NCBI RefSeq assembly: GCF_902652985.1 | Contig: NC_047024.1 | Coordinates: 37,386,001-37,450,000 of the forward strand | Reading direction: 5' to 3' | Source: Pecten maximus | Lineage: Eukaryota | DNA: 64,000 nucleotides | In this document: positions 36,863 to 50,630 of the stretch, piece by piece | Numbering within the stretch: position 1 is the first letter of the stretch | Layout of the letters: each line of letters starts with the position of its first letter | Program-made: the position numbers and the translations under genes | The notes under the pieces: generated by a model | The model's database searches: none | Seen by the model: only the letters and a program-made list of their open reading frames with translations | What the model was told of the DNA's origin: nothing

Positions 36863-38400
36863 AGTAAGAAGTCTTCTGCAGACAGAAAACCAAGTAAGGA
36901 GTTCACATCTGACCATAGTGCCCCTGGAATATTCATAATATTTTGTGCCACTCTTGGGAATAGTTTTTGTGAGTACTTGCAAAGCACCCCCATTCCCAAC
37001 AAAGACACACAAACCCAATCCAGGATGCCCAGGCAGTTCCAAATATATTCCTAACAACGTGTTACGTACAAAGGTCTAGAGAAATATGGATTGTATTGTC
37101 CTTCCTTGAACTAAATTTAGCAGTTTTCTCCGTGTGCTCCACGCGCACCATCAATTAAAGACTATGGGTCAGAGTAGATTGCTGTGGTGTGTGAACGCAA
37201 CTATTTTAGATGTAATGCAGAGATTTATTTTAAATACAGAATAGGAGATTCTTACACTATAAAGCTGAATCAATGAATTATGGATGATATGTAATTCATT
37301 TCGATACAGAATAATTAAGTACATTGTAGTTAAAATATAAATAATGTATTTTTGAATGCAGAAATTCAATAAGAAATCCCAAAGAGATATTGGCGCCTAC
37401 TATCGAATGATTATTGTTTGATCTCTGCAAAACTGGTCCTTTCTTGACTTTTCTCTTCTTCCTTTTAATCCTTTGAAAACGAGAGGAAAGTACATATTGA
37501 ATATAGTGTATATATAAGAACTCTCTAAGAAATAGGGTTAACAAACTAAATACAAGAGGAATCTAGATTAATATCCATGGCGAACTGTCATAGCGATAAC
37601 ACGGATTGTTAAAGGACGGACTGGCGGAGTGCAGACGGACGCCGGACGAAGAACGATTTGCTAAACTATCTTCTATCAAAATATTTAATTCATTAGATGA
37701 TTATATGACACTGATAATTCGATCTATCAAGTGCTACCTAAAGATATGGATAGTGATTATTTTTAAATAGTTAAAATGTGGAATAAAGCTCATTTAAAAT
37801 GATTTATATAATATGAAAAGCTACTTTCAAAATTCAAAACTAATAATTCTTTCTACAACTTGCTTTGTAAATTTTTGATATACTGGAAAACAGCCCAGTT
37901 ATAATTGAACAAAAAGGATTTTTCCTTCCACTTTATTTCCGGGAATTATTTAAGGAAAACATTCTAAAGTAAGCGTTGTCAACTGAAAATTTTACTGCGG
38001 TAGTTATGTGATATTTGTTTTAATATGATTGTTTTTACTGTTATATCTTCCATGTATTATTATCTCAGCTTAATACGAGAGACACAGATTTTCTCCAATT
38101 TTCAAACACTAAAAATGATGTCTGCACGCGCGCATTGTTCATCTAAAATATTGATTATGAATATTGTACAAGGTATTGATTTTTGATGGCAAGTTAAGAA
38201 CTGCATTTGATACAGGCATTTAAAAAGGTGATGGAAATACATTTACATAACAGCGTTAAAGCACGTGCACGATCGATAAACATCGGCGACAAACGATCGG
38301 AAGGCGGACGATATCCGTGGCCCAATCGCAACATCTCGGCCGTTGCCCTCAATGCTCGGATTTTTAATTCCAAACCTTGATGGCCGAAATGTTGATATTG

Positions 38401-38495
38401 AATCACAGGCATACGCGCCTCGTCTGTCAATACACCCAATATAAATTAAGAATGTGTATTGCTGTATTGACAGACGAGGCGAGTCCCTATGATTG
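38401..38495. repeat. Hairpin with 19-bp perfect arms
   Basis: CGCCTCGTCTGTCAATACA (38416-38434) / TGTATTGACAGACGAGGCG (38463-38481). Confidence 0.8.
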
Positions 38496-39447
38496 CATTG
38501 TCCGTCACATGCCATATACAGTTTTAATGAGATTCTCGGTAACACCTCCAAACTTTCACACTTAGCGAATATACCTTTGAAAATCAAAGATCGCCAGCTG
38601 TATTAGATCTGCCGACAAGGGTTCAAAATTAAACAAATACAATAAATGACCAAGTGGAAATTACTTCTAGGAGAGATGTGTATCGACACTGTCGTCAACC
38701 CGTTAGGGAATGGTCTTTTCAAGATGGCGGACCAAGACGATCACCAGAATATCGTACATAGATCGCGCAGACTCTGGACATCGCGTAACTGTGTGATCCC
38801 TGAACTGTACCAAAGATACAATACAATTTATGTCATTCCCAAATGTCCCCTCAATTATGAACGAAGAAAGAATTTCCATTGCAGTTATTATTTCGAATCA
38901 ACCCGTAATAAAAAATGCAACAGTTTTTGGAACTAGTCTGTAACATTTTCTGCTGAACTCGCTTCAAATTTTCGAAGGCTGATCCTTAACGTAAACAAAA
39001 TCCTTTCCCTTTGTTTTTGTAAATATTATAGAGCTATGAACATAAACATCATTCAGCTAAAAGCGGTGGTTATTGGGGCGTGTTCCTGACAATGACGATA
39101 AAGCATAAGGCATATTCGCGGCAAATCACGCCTTGATGCCGCGTTTAAAAGTTCGACTAACTTTGCGATGATTCACAGACGTTAATGAACTAAACAGCAG
39201 TAATAGCTGTTGTAATATAAATTTCAAGCATTTCTGAGTTAGACGTTGTACTTGTCTCGGTCAGAGTGTGTACTTATAACTAAGAAAATGTAGCATAAAG
39301 TGCACAACCACTTTTTGTGATCGCTTTGATCCCCCATTTTGAAAAGGCCATTCCTTAACGAGTACACGATTGAGATTAAAGGGTTTGAGATAGCGATATC
39401 CAAATGTTGCTCCCCAAATCAAACGCTGACTGGCAGTCATATTATTC

Positions 39448-39488
<41 letters not shown>

Positions 39489-41407
39489 TGTCTCACGGGG
39501 ACTGGGCATATGTATTAAATATATAATTGAATGCACATAAAATATGGATAATGGGTTGGGATTCGTGCCAAGTTCATGTGGCCAGTCTCAAAGTGCACGA
39601 CTACTGTCCAAAAGGGACATTAAGATGATCCTCGGATTTCGAAGATGTGCTGAGTATGATGGTATTTTACCTACATATATTAATATCTACACGTCACGGG
39701 TCCAAAAATAGCCAATCTAACCTATCATCGCATCCCCACGAGGTTGTATACTGAATGTCAGCTCAGTATAAATACACCGAACAAACCCCAGTCATTTTTT
39801 CTCTCAAGTGGGAACATTTGACGAACACGATTCCTTTATATATCACAGCTAAATGGAAATGTGGTATTGATTAGGCACGCCATTATACGCAGTCAAACCG
39901 TTATATTGTACCAGTGTTCATCATCTATGACATTTCAACAGATTGCCATAATATTCATCCGACAATTCACGGAGCTATCCTGATGACAATCAATCCCACT
40001 GGTATGTCATTAAATAAATCAATTGTTTAAAAACCTACAAAAGAACCGATACCCATAAAGCAGTAAGTGGAATACATAGTTTTAATAAATATAAGAACTA
40101 CTGTAAACTGACTTAAAACATAATTATTGTTTATATATCTATAGTCTCTTTTAGACATGTATGTCTTTAGAGACACAATATACGTACTCGTTAGCTGCGG
40201 ACTAATGCATTTTTTATAGTTCCGACTCCATAACGTGACTTGAAATCGACATTCCGTCTCCAGTGATGTGCTGTACTGACCTTCACCACGTAGACAGTCA
40301 GGAATTTAATCGCGGAAATGTGGACCGTATATTACTCTTCATAGATCACCGTACACCATACCCCTGTTAACTCGAATGATGTAAAGCACGTGTATATTGA
40401 TAGCCTCAATGAACAGGGGTTCTGGTGGCTTCATCGTGAACTCCCTTGGATACAAGTTCCTGGATGGATGTGCTCATTTGTGATAATCTTTCCTCGTTGG
40501 TACGGTAAGTGTGCTTGCACGGTCGATAGAAATGCCCGGCCTGACCTTTAATTCATCATGTGATTCTGATAAATAGCAAATAGAATTCGCGCATACTTAT
40601 TCATGTAAATTTGTTCCGAGCTATAAATATAACATTGTAATCAAGTTACTACTATACCACAAATCTGGTAGTTTTTGGCTGTTGTAGAGTATCTTGGTAT
40701 TAGTTTTGGAATGAATTCAACAACTTAACGAGGTAATTTCAAATTTCATTATCAAAATGAAACTAACAGCTTCCGTCTCTATTTTTAGAATTTCTCCACA
40801 TTTCAACTGTGTTGTAGTTTGTATAATGGTAGTTAGAAGAAACTGACTGATAATCAAACTACATGTATCTTGTTGTAGCACATTAATTTGGACAATAATT
40901 AATTTCAAATTGTATGTTAGAACCACAGGCGCCCGAGTTCTAATATTATAACGATTGCCATTCCTCTACTATTAATTATAAAGTATTTAGAATCCGGGTA
41001 CCTGTGATAAGGACACTGGATTTTAGTGACACGTGCTATCGCTAAGTCCAGTAACATGCTTATATCTCTTATTTTTTCAATCGGAAGTTATTATTTTTTT
41101 TCTCGTTACATCAAAAACATTAAGCCCGATTTATCGTTCTTGGTTGAGGAGGAATATACCAAGGTTATTTACAGGGCAAGAACTTAGTCCTCGAGGTTTT
41201 ATTTTTAGTCACCTAGTTCGAATGCCGAAATGGGATCCAGAGGGAAATAATTTAACTTGATTGCTCTATCAGCTGAGTCAAAATAAATAGTAAAATAGAA
41301 TAGTGCTTAAAATTGTATGTAAGTCACACCGACCAGGTCCTGGATTACCGGTATAGGCGATGTGTTGTACACTACCGTAATGACCAAAGTTCACTGATTG
41401 TTAAAGC

Positions 41408-42262
41408 TCAATTTCAATTCAATTTATTTCTCTTTAACCATACATAACAGTACAGAGAAAACATATTTACACAATACAAAAGTTATATACAGTTGTTCAG
41501 CCAGTGTATAAAGTATGCACACGCAGACTGTATCAATTAGTTTATCAAAACATCTGATATTTAACCATATCGTTACGCATGATACCATTTTATATAATTT
41601 CAAATCAACAAAACGAAAAAGATCAAGTCAAGATGAACATGATGTGTAACATCATGCTATGGAGGACACATTGCTAAAGATAATACTAATGAATTTACAG
41701 AGTTTTTTCAATGTATTTACGTGGTTTGAGTTCATAAGATCTCTAAATTTTAATATGTTCGGCCTTGTATAATAATATTTATTTAGATATAATTTTCTAT
41801 GCGCAGCTAATGACTGGCATTCTAGCAGATAATGGAATTCATCTCCTATTTGTTGACTATTACAAAAAGTACATATTCTTTCGTGGCGTTCAATATTATT
41901 CCACCTTCCAGTTTCAATAATCAGTCTATGATTTGTAGTTCTGAACTTACAAAAAGTATTTCTTTCTTTATCTGTAAGAACGTCTAGATAGCATTCAAAA
42001 CCAAATTTGTTTTTAAAAATTCTGTAACAACCAGACTTAGAAGAATTAAATACATCATTATCCCACTGCTGTATAAACTGATCATGGAGTGTTTGTTTTA
42101 CATATGACTTTATCCAAGAAGTATCTAATTCCTGGATATACTGGATATTCCACACATAGCTAATACCACATTCATCTAATAATTGTTGTATATAACGTAT
42201 ATAGGGAACATTATTATTACGGTATTGGTTTAGACATAACAGTTTATAAGTTATTACATTAA
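41408..42262 (-). mobile_element. 5'-truncated LINE (ORF2 C-terminus, RTEX-like) with a (TTGAA)n tail
   Basis: ORF 41652-42155: KFRTTNHRLIIETGRW...ERICTFC...IGDEFHYLLEC; the minus strand ends AAATAAATTGAATTGAAATTG. Confidence 0.85.
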
Positions 42263-42739
42263 CGATACTTGGATTTCATTTGCTCCATTCTTCAGATGAA
42301 TCACTGCACTCTCATCCTCACATGGTAACGCATACTGTACATGTACGCAAGTACAAAGTCGCTGTTACAAGATCAGATGTCTGTACATTGACCTTTCGTT
42401 GTTAATCCAATTCGTAAAGCATTCTATCGACATTTCGAGACAGTTCCCACGAACTGATTCTGAAATCGACACCACTCACAATACATCGTGTCGTTTGATA
42501 TATTGCAATAAATTTATCACTAAATGACGTCATCATTTTTGCACCATTGATGAAGGCTCGTTGGCCTTGACATATTGCGATATGAACGGTAATGAATTCA
42601 AACTTGTTAGAAAAAAAATAAATCACCTCTGTTGAATGTAGGAAGAAAAGTTCTCGACTCTGATAAGATTTTGGCAGTTAAAGTAAACTTATTATTTTTT
42701 TTACAAGACATGCGAAACAAGTCATAGCAACTTATATCA

Positions 42740-42880
42740 TCATTATTATTGGCCAGGATGGAAGGGCGCAAGGAGTCTTAGTGTGTGAGGAAACCGGGTA
42801 CCCGGAAAATCCAATGTAGCCAGGCAGGCGACTCCATATATCTATTCGCCAAGGTGAAAAGCAAGCGTGTTACTACTGTA
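42740..42880 (-). mobile_element. V-domain-like SINE fragment
   Basis: GAGGAAACCGGGTACCCGGAAAATCC is the reverse complement of a V-domain-like TTTTCCGGGTAC.CCGGTTTCCTC. Confidence 0.5.
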
Positions 42881-43199
42881 CAATTTTTGAAGTTAATGAG
42901 CCCTGGATTTGAGTTTCTTTGTCACACAGTGATATATCCATCCTGTTTTCTACAATTAAATAGGTCATAATTGCTAGGAATCTTTACATGCTCACGATTT
43001 TGTCCGATACAATATTTTTTTGATGTCGTAGCTATTGACGAATTAGTATCGCAAGATGAAATTCACCAATCTTCACTCTGCCAATGAGTACCTCGGCATT
43101 GCAATGTTTCTCTTGTTGTATAAGTTTACGAGAAAATAACATCATCGTCTTTATATAAAATAAAGTTGATGTTGTCTGAGGTGTTTACACCTACCTACA

Positions 43200-43350
43200 T
43201 GTAACATATAGCGCATGACAAATTATATTTAATATTTCAATGCCTCCGATAGGGATCGAACCCGGGACCCCTGGCTACCAAATCTTACACTGACAACTGA
43301 TCGAGCTGAATAGTTCTCTTATATAGCGGCTAGTATTTAACAGGGTAACA
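43200..43350 (-). mobile_element. 151-bp TG...CA element with an internal tRNA-like promoter, flanked by a TACA duplication
   Basis: taca|TGTAACA...CAGGGTAACA|taca. The minus strand has CAGCTCGATCAG (A-box-like) and GGGTTCGATCCC (B box). Confidence 0.65.
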
Positions 43351-43789
43351 TACATATCAAATTACTTTGAAATCCAAGGGTTCCTCTCTCGACCTCGCAT
43401 GTGATTCTGAATTAGGCACTATTTACCTTGCATAGAGGATCTATGTATGCGCCTCCTAGCGAGCGACAAAGATTGTTGCTAAACCTTATAATCACTAACA
43501 ATTAAAGATGAAAGTGGATCGCATGCATCATAAAGCTAGACTTGACGTGATTTATAATGAATTAAACCTTTGATTATCAAGTACAGGCCACGTATCAGAA
43601 CGTCTGATTAGTGAGCCTTCGATTTTGTAATGACACATTCCAAGATTCAGAGTTGATGTATACAACTGAGAAAACGTAGGGTACTGTGGATTTCGAAGCG
43701 GAAGAACGGGTTCAGGACTAAACGAATCACGGGTGCTATATAATATGACATTGCTATCGTTGATTAGTGTCCTACGACGTATACCGATC

Positions 43790-45012
43790 AGTGTAGGTAT
43801 ATACCAATCATTAATGCTGTCATTAGCACTAATGACGAATCATTTTCGCTATAAACCAATCATTAACGCTTTATACCATTTGTAAGTAATGTTTACAAAT
43901 CGTTAGCGATATATACCATTCATTATACCATTCGTTAGATGAATACTTTTCATTAGTAATATTTACAAATTATAAGAGATATATACCAATCATTAGCGCT
44001 ATGTACCACATTTGCGATGTATACCACTCATTAGCGCTGTATACCATTCACTATACCATTCGTTAGTGATATTTACAAATTGTAAGCGGTATATACCAAA
44101 CATTAGTGATGTGAACCATTTTCGTTAGTGATATTTACAAATCAGTTGCGCTTTATACCGATCATAAGCCCTATGTGCCAATCATTAACGCTCTTTACTA
44201 ATCGTTAGCGCAATATACCAACCATACGCACAAAATGCAATTCATTAGCGCAGTAGACCAATTATTAGTTCCAATTACTAATCATAAGTGCTACATGCCA
44301 ATCATTACACGTGTTGTACACTGTATACAAATCACTAGCGCTGTATACCAATCATTAGTGCCATTTACCAATCCTTATCACAATATCTCAATCATTAGCG
44401 CTGTATACCAATCATAAGTGTTAATTACCAATCATTAGCACAATATACCAATTATTAGCACAATATACCAATTATTAGGGCAGTATGCCTATCATTAGCG
44501 CTACTTACGTAAACCATTTAATCATTAGCGCTATATACCTATCAATAATGATATATACCAAATAAGACCGCTATATACAAAATGTACCAATAATTAGCGC
44601 CATATACCAAACACTGTCGCTATGAAGAAACTATACTTAAACAGATATACCAGTCATCGGTGCTATACAAAACCTTTATGTTTTACAAACCAAACATAGG
44701 CGCATTATATACCAAACATTGTCGCTCTATATACCCAACATTAGTGCTATATATACCAAACATTGTCGCTATATATACCAAATATTCGCGCTATATACAC
44801 GAAAAATTGTTGCTATATATATACTAAACGTTGTCATTTTTATTTTAGTTATATAAAACACTGTCGCTATATGTACCAAAATTGTCGCTATATATACATA
44901 TACCAAACATTAACGCGATATATACACAACATTGTCGCTTTAAATTTCTAAACCAAACATTGTAGCTATATATACCAAACATTGTCAATCTATATACCAA
45001 ACATTGTCGTTA
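43790..45012. repeat. Old degenerate ~22-bp tandem array
   Basis: TATACCAATCATTAGCGCTA-type units grading into TATATACCAAACATTGTCGC-type units. Confidence 0.8.
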
Positions 45013-45654
45013 TAATGAACTGTCATTGAGCAGATTTAGTTAGCGCGGCCTAGAGGGAAAGGATGGAATGGTTCAGAATAACCTAGAATTCTACTACTAT
45101 CGATCTTTTGTGAGTGACACTTATGTGATAAATCACGATTTTTACAAACCAGATAGATATCTTTCTCGTATTTTTGATAAAAAAAACCCTGTCCAATAAG
45201 AGTGAACATACGACTGCCCTGAATCCAATTCCGTGACAAGCAAATAAAACAACTTATATAAAAACAGTCTTATTCCACACGCGGAGTGGCTATTTAAAGG
45301 TTTGGGGGAAAAAACCCAGAATAGTTAAAGCGCGAGAGAAATATAAACGAGTTCATCAAACAACCAAGCTTGAATAAGAAACGAGGTAAATGGTTGTGTT
45401 ACGATTTTAAAAAATCACAATGTTTTTGTCATTATTTCACATCTAAGTCTCTGATTTGTCGATTAAGTATAACGAAAAAAAGAAACAATTTCTGTGTTGT
45501 TCTTTATTTCCCCACTTGTGGGGTACATATGGTGTTTATATAATTTAAAGACGGACCGATTTTAACGAATAACTGATTACTTAGGTTTAGCATTGTATAT
45601 TTTCCTATCAACAGCTGTTGTCATTTAAAGACAGTCTCCCCTTGTGTGCGAATG

Positions 45655-46905
45655 CATGCGTGTAGTGAGTGTATGCGTATAGTGAGTGTATGTTTGTAGT
45701 GAGTGTATGTGTGTAGTGAGTGTATGAGTGTAGTGAGTGTATGAGTGTAATGAGTGTATGTTTGTAGTGAGTGTATGTGTGTAGTGAGTGTATGTGTGTA
45801 GTGAGTGTATGTGTGTAGTGAGTGTATGTGTGTAGTGATTGTATGTGTGTAGCTAGTGTATGTGTGTAGTGAGTGTATGTGTGTAGTGATTGTATGTGTG
45901 TAGTGATTGTATGGTGTGAGTGTATGAGTGTATGCGTGTAGTGAGTGTATGTTTGTAGTGAGTGTATGCGTGTAGTGAGTGTATGTTTGTAGTGAGTGTA
46001 TGTGTGTGTGTGTGTGTGTGTGAGTGTGCGTGTAGTGAGTGGATGCGTATAGTGAGTGTATGTGTGTAGTGAGTGTATGTGTGTGTGAGTGTGCGTGTAG
46101 TGAGTGTATGTGTGTAGTGAGTGTATTTTTGTAGTGAGTGTATGTGTGTAGTGAGTGTATGCGTGTAGTGAGTGTATGTGTGTAGTGAGTGTATGTTTGT
46201 AGTGAGTGTATGTGTGTAGTGAGTGTATGCGTGTAGTAAGTGGATGCGTATAGTGAGTATATGTGTGTAGTGAGTGTATGCGTGTAGTGAGTGTATGTGT
46301 GTAGTGAGTGTATGTGTGTAGTGAGTGTATGTGTGTAGTGAGTGTATGCGTGTAGTGAGTGTATGTGTGTAGTAAGTGGATGCGTGTAGTGAGTGTATGT
46401 GTGTAGTGAGTGTATGTGTGTAGTGAGTGTATGTGTGTAGTGAGTGTATGAGTGTAGGGAGTGTATGAGTGTAGTGAGTGTATGAGTGTAGGGAGTGTAT
46501 GAGTGTAGTGAGTGTATGTGTGTAGTGAGTGTATGAGTGTAGTGAGTGTATGCGTGTAGTGAGTGTATGTGTGTAGTGAGTGTATGTGTATAGTGATTGT
46601 ATGTGTGTAGTGAGTGTATGTGTGTAGTGATTGTATGTGTGTAGTGAGTGTATACGTATAGTAAGTGTATGTGTATAGTGAGTGTATGTGTGTAGTGATT
46701 GTATGTGTGTAATGAGTGTAGTTAGTGTATGTATGTAGTGAGTGTATGTGTGTAGTGAGTGTATGTGTGTAGTTAGTGTATGTGTGTAGTGAGTGTATGC
46801 GTGTAGTGAGTGTATGTGTGTAGTGAGTGTATGCGTGTAGTGAGTGTATGTGTGTAGGGAGTGTATGCGTGTAGTGAGTGTATGTGTGTAGTGAGTGTAT
46901 GTGTA
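45655..46905. repeat. 17-bp minisatellite (~70 copies)
   Basis: GTAGTGAGTGTATGTGT units. Confidence 0.97.
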
Positions 46906-48072
46906 GCTTTTAGAAAAATAATTTCATGCGATAAGTGTAAAAGTCACGAGCATATACAATGTAGTTTTTTAGAAAAAATAGTTTACATACCTAAATATCA
47001 AGTCACGTGCATATATTTCCTTTTAGGAAAAATAGTTTACATGTGCTAAAGGGGCAGCGTCACGTGAATATAGCTTTTAGCAAAAATAGTTTTCATGCGC
47101 TGAATTTGAAGAGTCATATGGGTTTGATATGCATTGAATGAAAACATCACAATTAGGGTTGGTAGTAGGTATTGTTTTTTTCTTTGTTATATCCATTATG
47201 ACATTACAAGGGACAATCCGATGTATAGATGGAAACAACGTGTTGTCCGAAATCCCGACAATAATGGCTTTTTTATGTCTCGTGTCTTTTAAAACAAAAA
47301 AATCTTCAGCTTAAATTGGGTGTACGATGAAATGGATCTCAACCACTATGTATACCAATTAGCCACTTTGACCATAGTATTTATGCAATATCGTCCACCT
47401 GATCATATACGCTGAATCCATCTAAAATCATTTTCGGACGAAACGTCCATAAACACTTCGGCATTTGCACGCGCGGGATATTTTCAAATGTCTTGGCCGT
47501 TGGTCACATAGCGTTCCATCATAGAACATGGCTTTGTCCATGTCACGCTAGCATCCGCCTTCGGCTCGCGCCAGCTGAAGGGTTCATGGATGTTATTTCA
47601 ACTACTACCAAAAGTACTACTCTTACTGTATCTTATTGTATTTTTAGGACTGTTTATATATTATGTGATTGTATTTGTATTCTCTGTGTCTTGATAAAGG
47701 GACGGATTGCCTCGAAAATTCGACATTTTCCATGTCCACACTGTTAGAACTACTTCTCATTTCAAGTAATTCGTATCCTGCAGACAAACCTTTGCGAGGA
47801 TCCAGTGTTACCTGGATTATTACCGTTAATATTACTTATTTGACCCATATTATATGTATACTCATCTATATAACCGGAGTAATGTTCTTATTTTAAATTT
47901 CGTCCAAACACCACGTGTACTTGTTTTGTTATAAGTTCACCTGTTACTATAGTATATGTCGTCATGCGTAAACAATCGTTTTATGATGGTATATATACAC
48001 ACAAAGGGGAAGACATGTTTTCAGACAGGACAGATAAACACTACCGTGTATATATATATATGTACACTTCAG

Positions 48073-48252
48073 GTTTTGTAAGGAAGGTTTCACATTTCCA
48101 TGCATAGACTCATTAAAGCTAAGAGGGGGTCTGCCACTGAGGAAAGATCATGTCGAATTATCTTGGTGAAGTTTTACTGACGTTCAAAGGCTATTCAAGC
48201 ATCCAACATGGCAATGATCCCTCCGAAAGCATCTTGTGTTGGTGGACACCAG
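48073..48252 (+). other. Candidate upstream exon of the guanylate cyclase gene
   Basis: cacttcag acceptor and CAG|gtaggg donor. caacATGG at 48208 gives MAMIPPKASCVGGHQ in phase 0, compatible with the acceptor at 61553. No homology support. Confidence 0.35.
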
Positions 48253-49789
48253 GTAGGGTTTATGTGTACGTGAATGTGTATGCGTGTGTGTGTGCGTGTA
48301 TGTGTGTCATGTTCACTGTTCACCTGTAGTTATTACCTGTACTTACCTTTTCTTTTCCACGTGTTTGGTTTACATTTTCGGAGTAACTGCTCTTAAAGGG
48401 GACCTAATAGAGCGTTACCTAATACGGGTTATAATTGATCCTCACTGCTTCTTAATACTGAAGCGTGTAAATGACGAGGAAATAAAAAAAATGTTTAAAG
48501 TTATTTAAAGACGTATAAAGTCACCCTTGGAGCTGAGTAATCTCCCTTCTTCATAGAAGACCAGGGACTGACCTAGAGTTACCTCCCTTCTCAATAGAGA
48601 TGCTCTGCATTGAAGTTAGTGACTGTTAATTTGTATGAGTATTGAAACCTTGTTTCATGTGTAATTAAATTATTTATGTGTTTTAAAATAATTTTGATTG
48701 CTTTTTCATGTGATTTTAAAACAATTTTACACAATTATATCTTCATTTGAAATGAATTTTGATTCAAAGTAATACAGAAAAAGGAAAAAAAATGAAGTAA
48801 ACTTTTTGTTTAAATTTCACATTCATTGAGAAAATATCACAATGGGATCATTCCATTCTGGGATTGTGGGTAAGTTTGTTGGCTTTCAATACTTGGAGTG
48901 TGTATTAGAGTTAGCTTTAGAGTTTCCGTTCCCCCCAGTTAACACGTTAAAACAATTCATGTAAATTAGCAGCAAAGATCAAGTATAGAGAGTTAAGTGT
49001 TGGAGAGCACACCGAGATGTGTAAGGGCACCAGGCCATTATCTGTCTACAATTGCCTCGTACAGGAAGTGAAGGAACAGCTTGGATAGTTACCATGGAGA
49101 TATAGCACCAGAAGACAGTGTGGAGTCTGTTTAAGTCATGGAGGATCACAACCATATCACAGTAGGTCCAAACATTGCCTATATGTAGCATATACACATA
49201 TAAACAATTCATATATGCGAAATTCATTCTATCATCATGAAGAACACACAGCCATCAAACTTTACCTCAGTCATTGTGCTAAAACATGTGCAATATGTGC
49301 AGTGAATAAAGGACACACCTACAGTGTTAACACAGACCTATACATACACAAGATAAGTTTACATAATGTCACATCTGTGCACTTGTGTGCAACACACATG
49401 CATAAACACACATAACCATTCAGGTATTGGTATATACTTCCATATACAATATTGATATGTGGTATATTGTCATCAGTTTATTTTATATTTTGATTATTAA
49501 ATAGAAATTTGAAAAGTGTTCAATCAAAGCATGTCAAAATGTCAAAAGCAAAAAAAAACTTTCATAAAAATTAAGATTAAAAAGCAATTAAATTCTTAAT
49601 GATCTCTTAATTTATACATAAATTCATCATATAGCAACATCCATCTTATGAAGAAGCTAATAGTTATATGGGTTTACAGAAACCAAGTTATGAGCATATG
49701 GTAAACTACAAAGATAGGGGCATTTGAACTTTAGGGATCAAGTATGGTGTCACTATGGGGAGATGTGTGACCTAGTTAATATGGTGTTA

Positions 49790-50630
49790 TAGGTGGTGGT
49801 ATGGGTGGTGGTATTGGTGTGGTATGGGTGGTGGTATGGGTGGTGTTATGGGTGGTGGTATGGGTGGTGTTATGGGTGGTGGTATGAATGTGTGGTATGG
49901 GTGGTGGTATGGGTGTGGTATGAGTGTGTGGTATGGGTGGTGGTATGGGGTGTGGTGTTATGGGTGGTGTTATGGGTGGTGGTATGGGTGGTGGTATGGG
50001 TGGTGGTATGGGTGGTGTTATGGGTGGTGGTATGGGTGGTGGTATGGGGTGGTGTTATGGGTGGTGGTATGGGTGGTGGTATGGGTGGTGGTATGAGTGG
50101 CGGTATGGGTGGTGGTATGGGTGGTGGTATGGATGTGGTATGAGTGTGTGGTATGGGTGTGGTATGAGTGTGTGGTATGGGTGGTGGTATGGGGTGGCGG
50201 TATGAGTGGCGGTATGGGTGGTGGTATGGGTGGTGGTATGGATGTGGTATGGGTGGTGGTATGGGTGGTGGTATGGGTGGTGGTATGGGTGTGGTATGGT
50301 GTGTGGTATGGGTGGTGGTATGGGGTGGTATGGGTGTGGTATGGGTGTGGTATGGGTGGTGGTATGGTTGGTACATGTTATGGGTGGTGGTATGGGTGGT
50401 GGTATGGGTGTGGTATGGGTGGTGGTATGGGTGTGGTATGGGTGGTGGTATGGATGGTGGTATGGGTGTGGTTTGGGTGGTGGTATGGGTGTGGTATGGG
50501 TGGTGTTATTGGTGGTGGTATGGGTGGTGGTATGGGTGTGGTATTGGTGGTGGTATGGGTGTGGTTTGGGTGGTGGTATGGGTGTGGTATGGGTGGTGGA
50601 ATAGGTGGTGTTATGGGTGTGGTATGGTTG
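49790..50630. repeat. G-rich 12/9-bp simple repeat
   Basis: TATGGGTGGTGG units with TATGGGTGTGG variants. Confidence 0.95.

Noticed and set aside
38720-38885. Possible THAP-like fragment after CAAGATGGCGG
   Set aside because: It needs a frameshift and lacks the downstream conserved W and C..H residues; too weak to call.
43242-43310. Functional tRNA gene
   Set aside because: The acceptor and anticodon stems do not pair; treated as a tRNA-derived part of a repeat.
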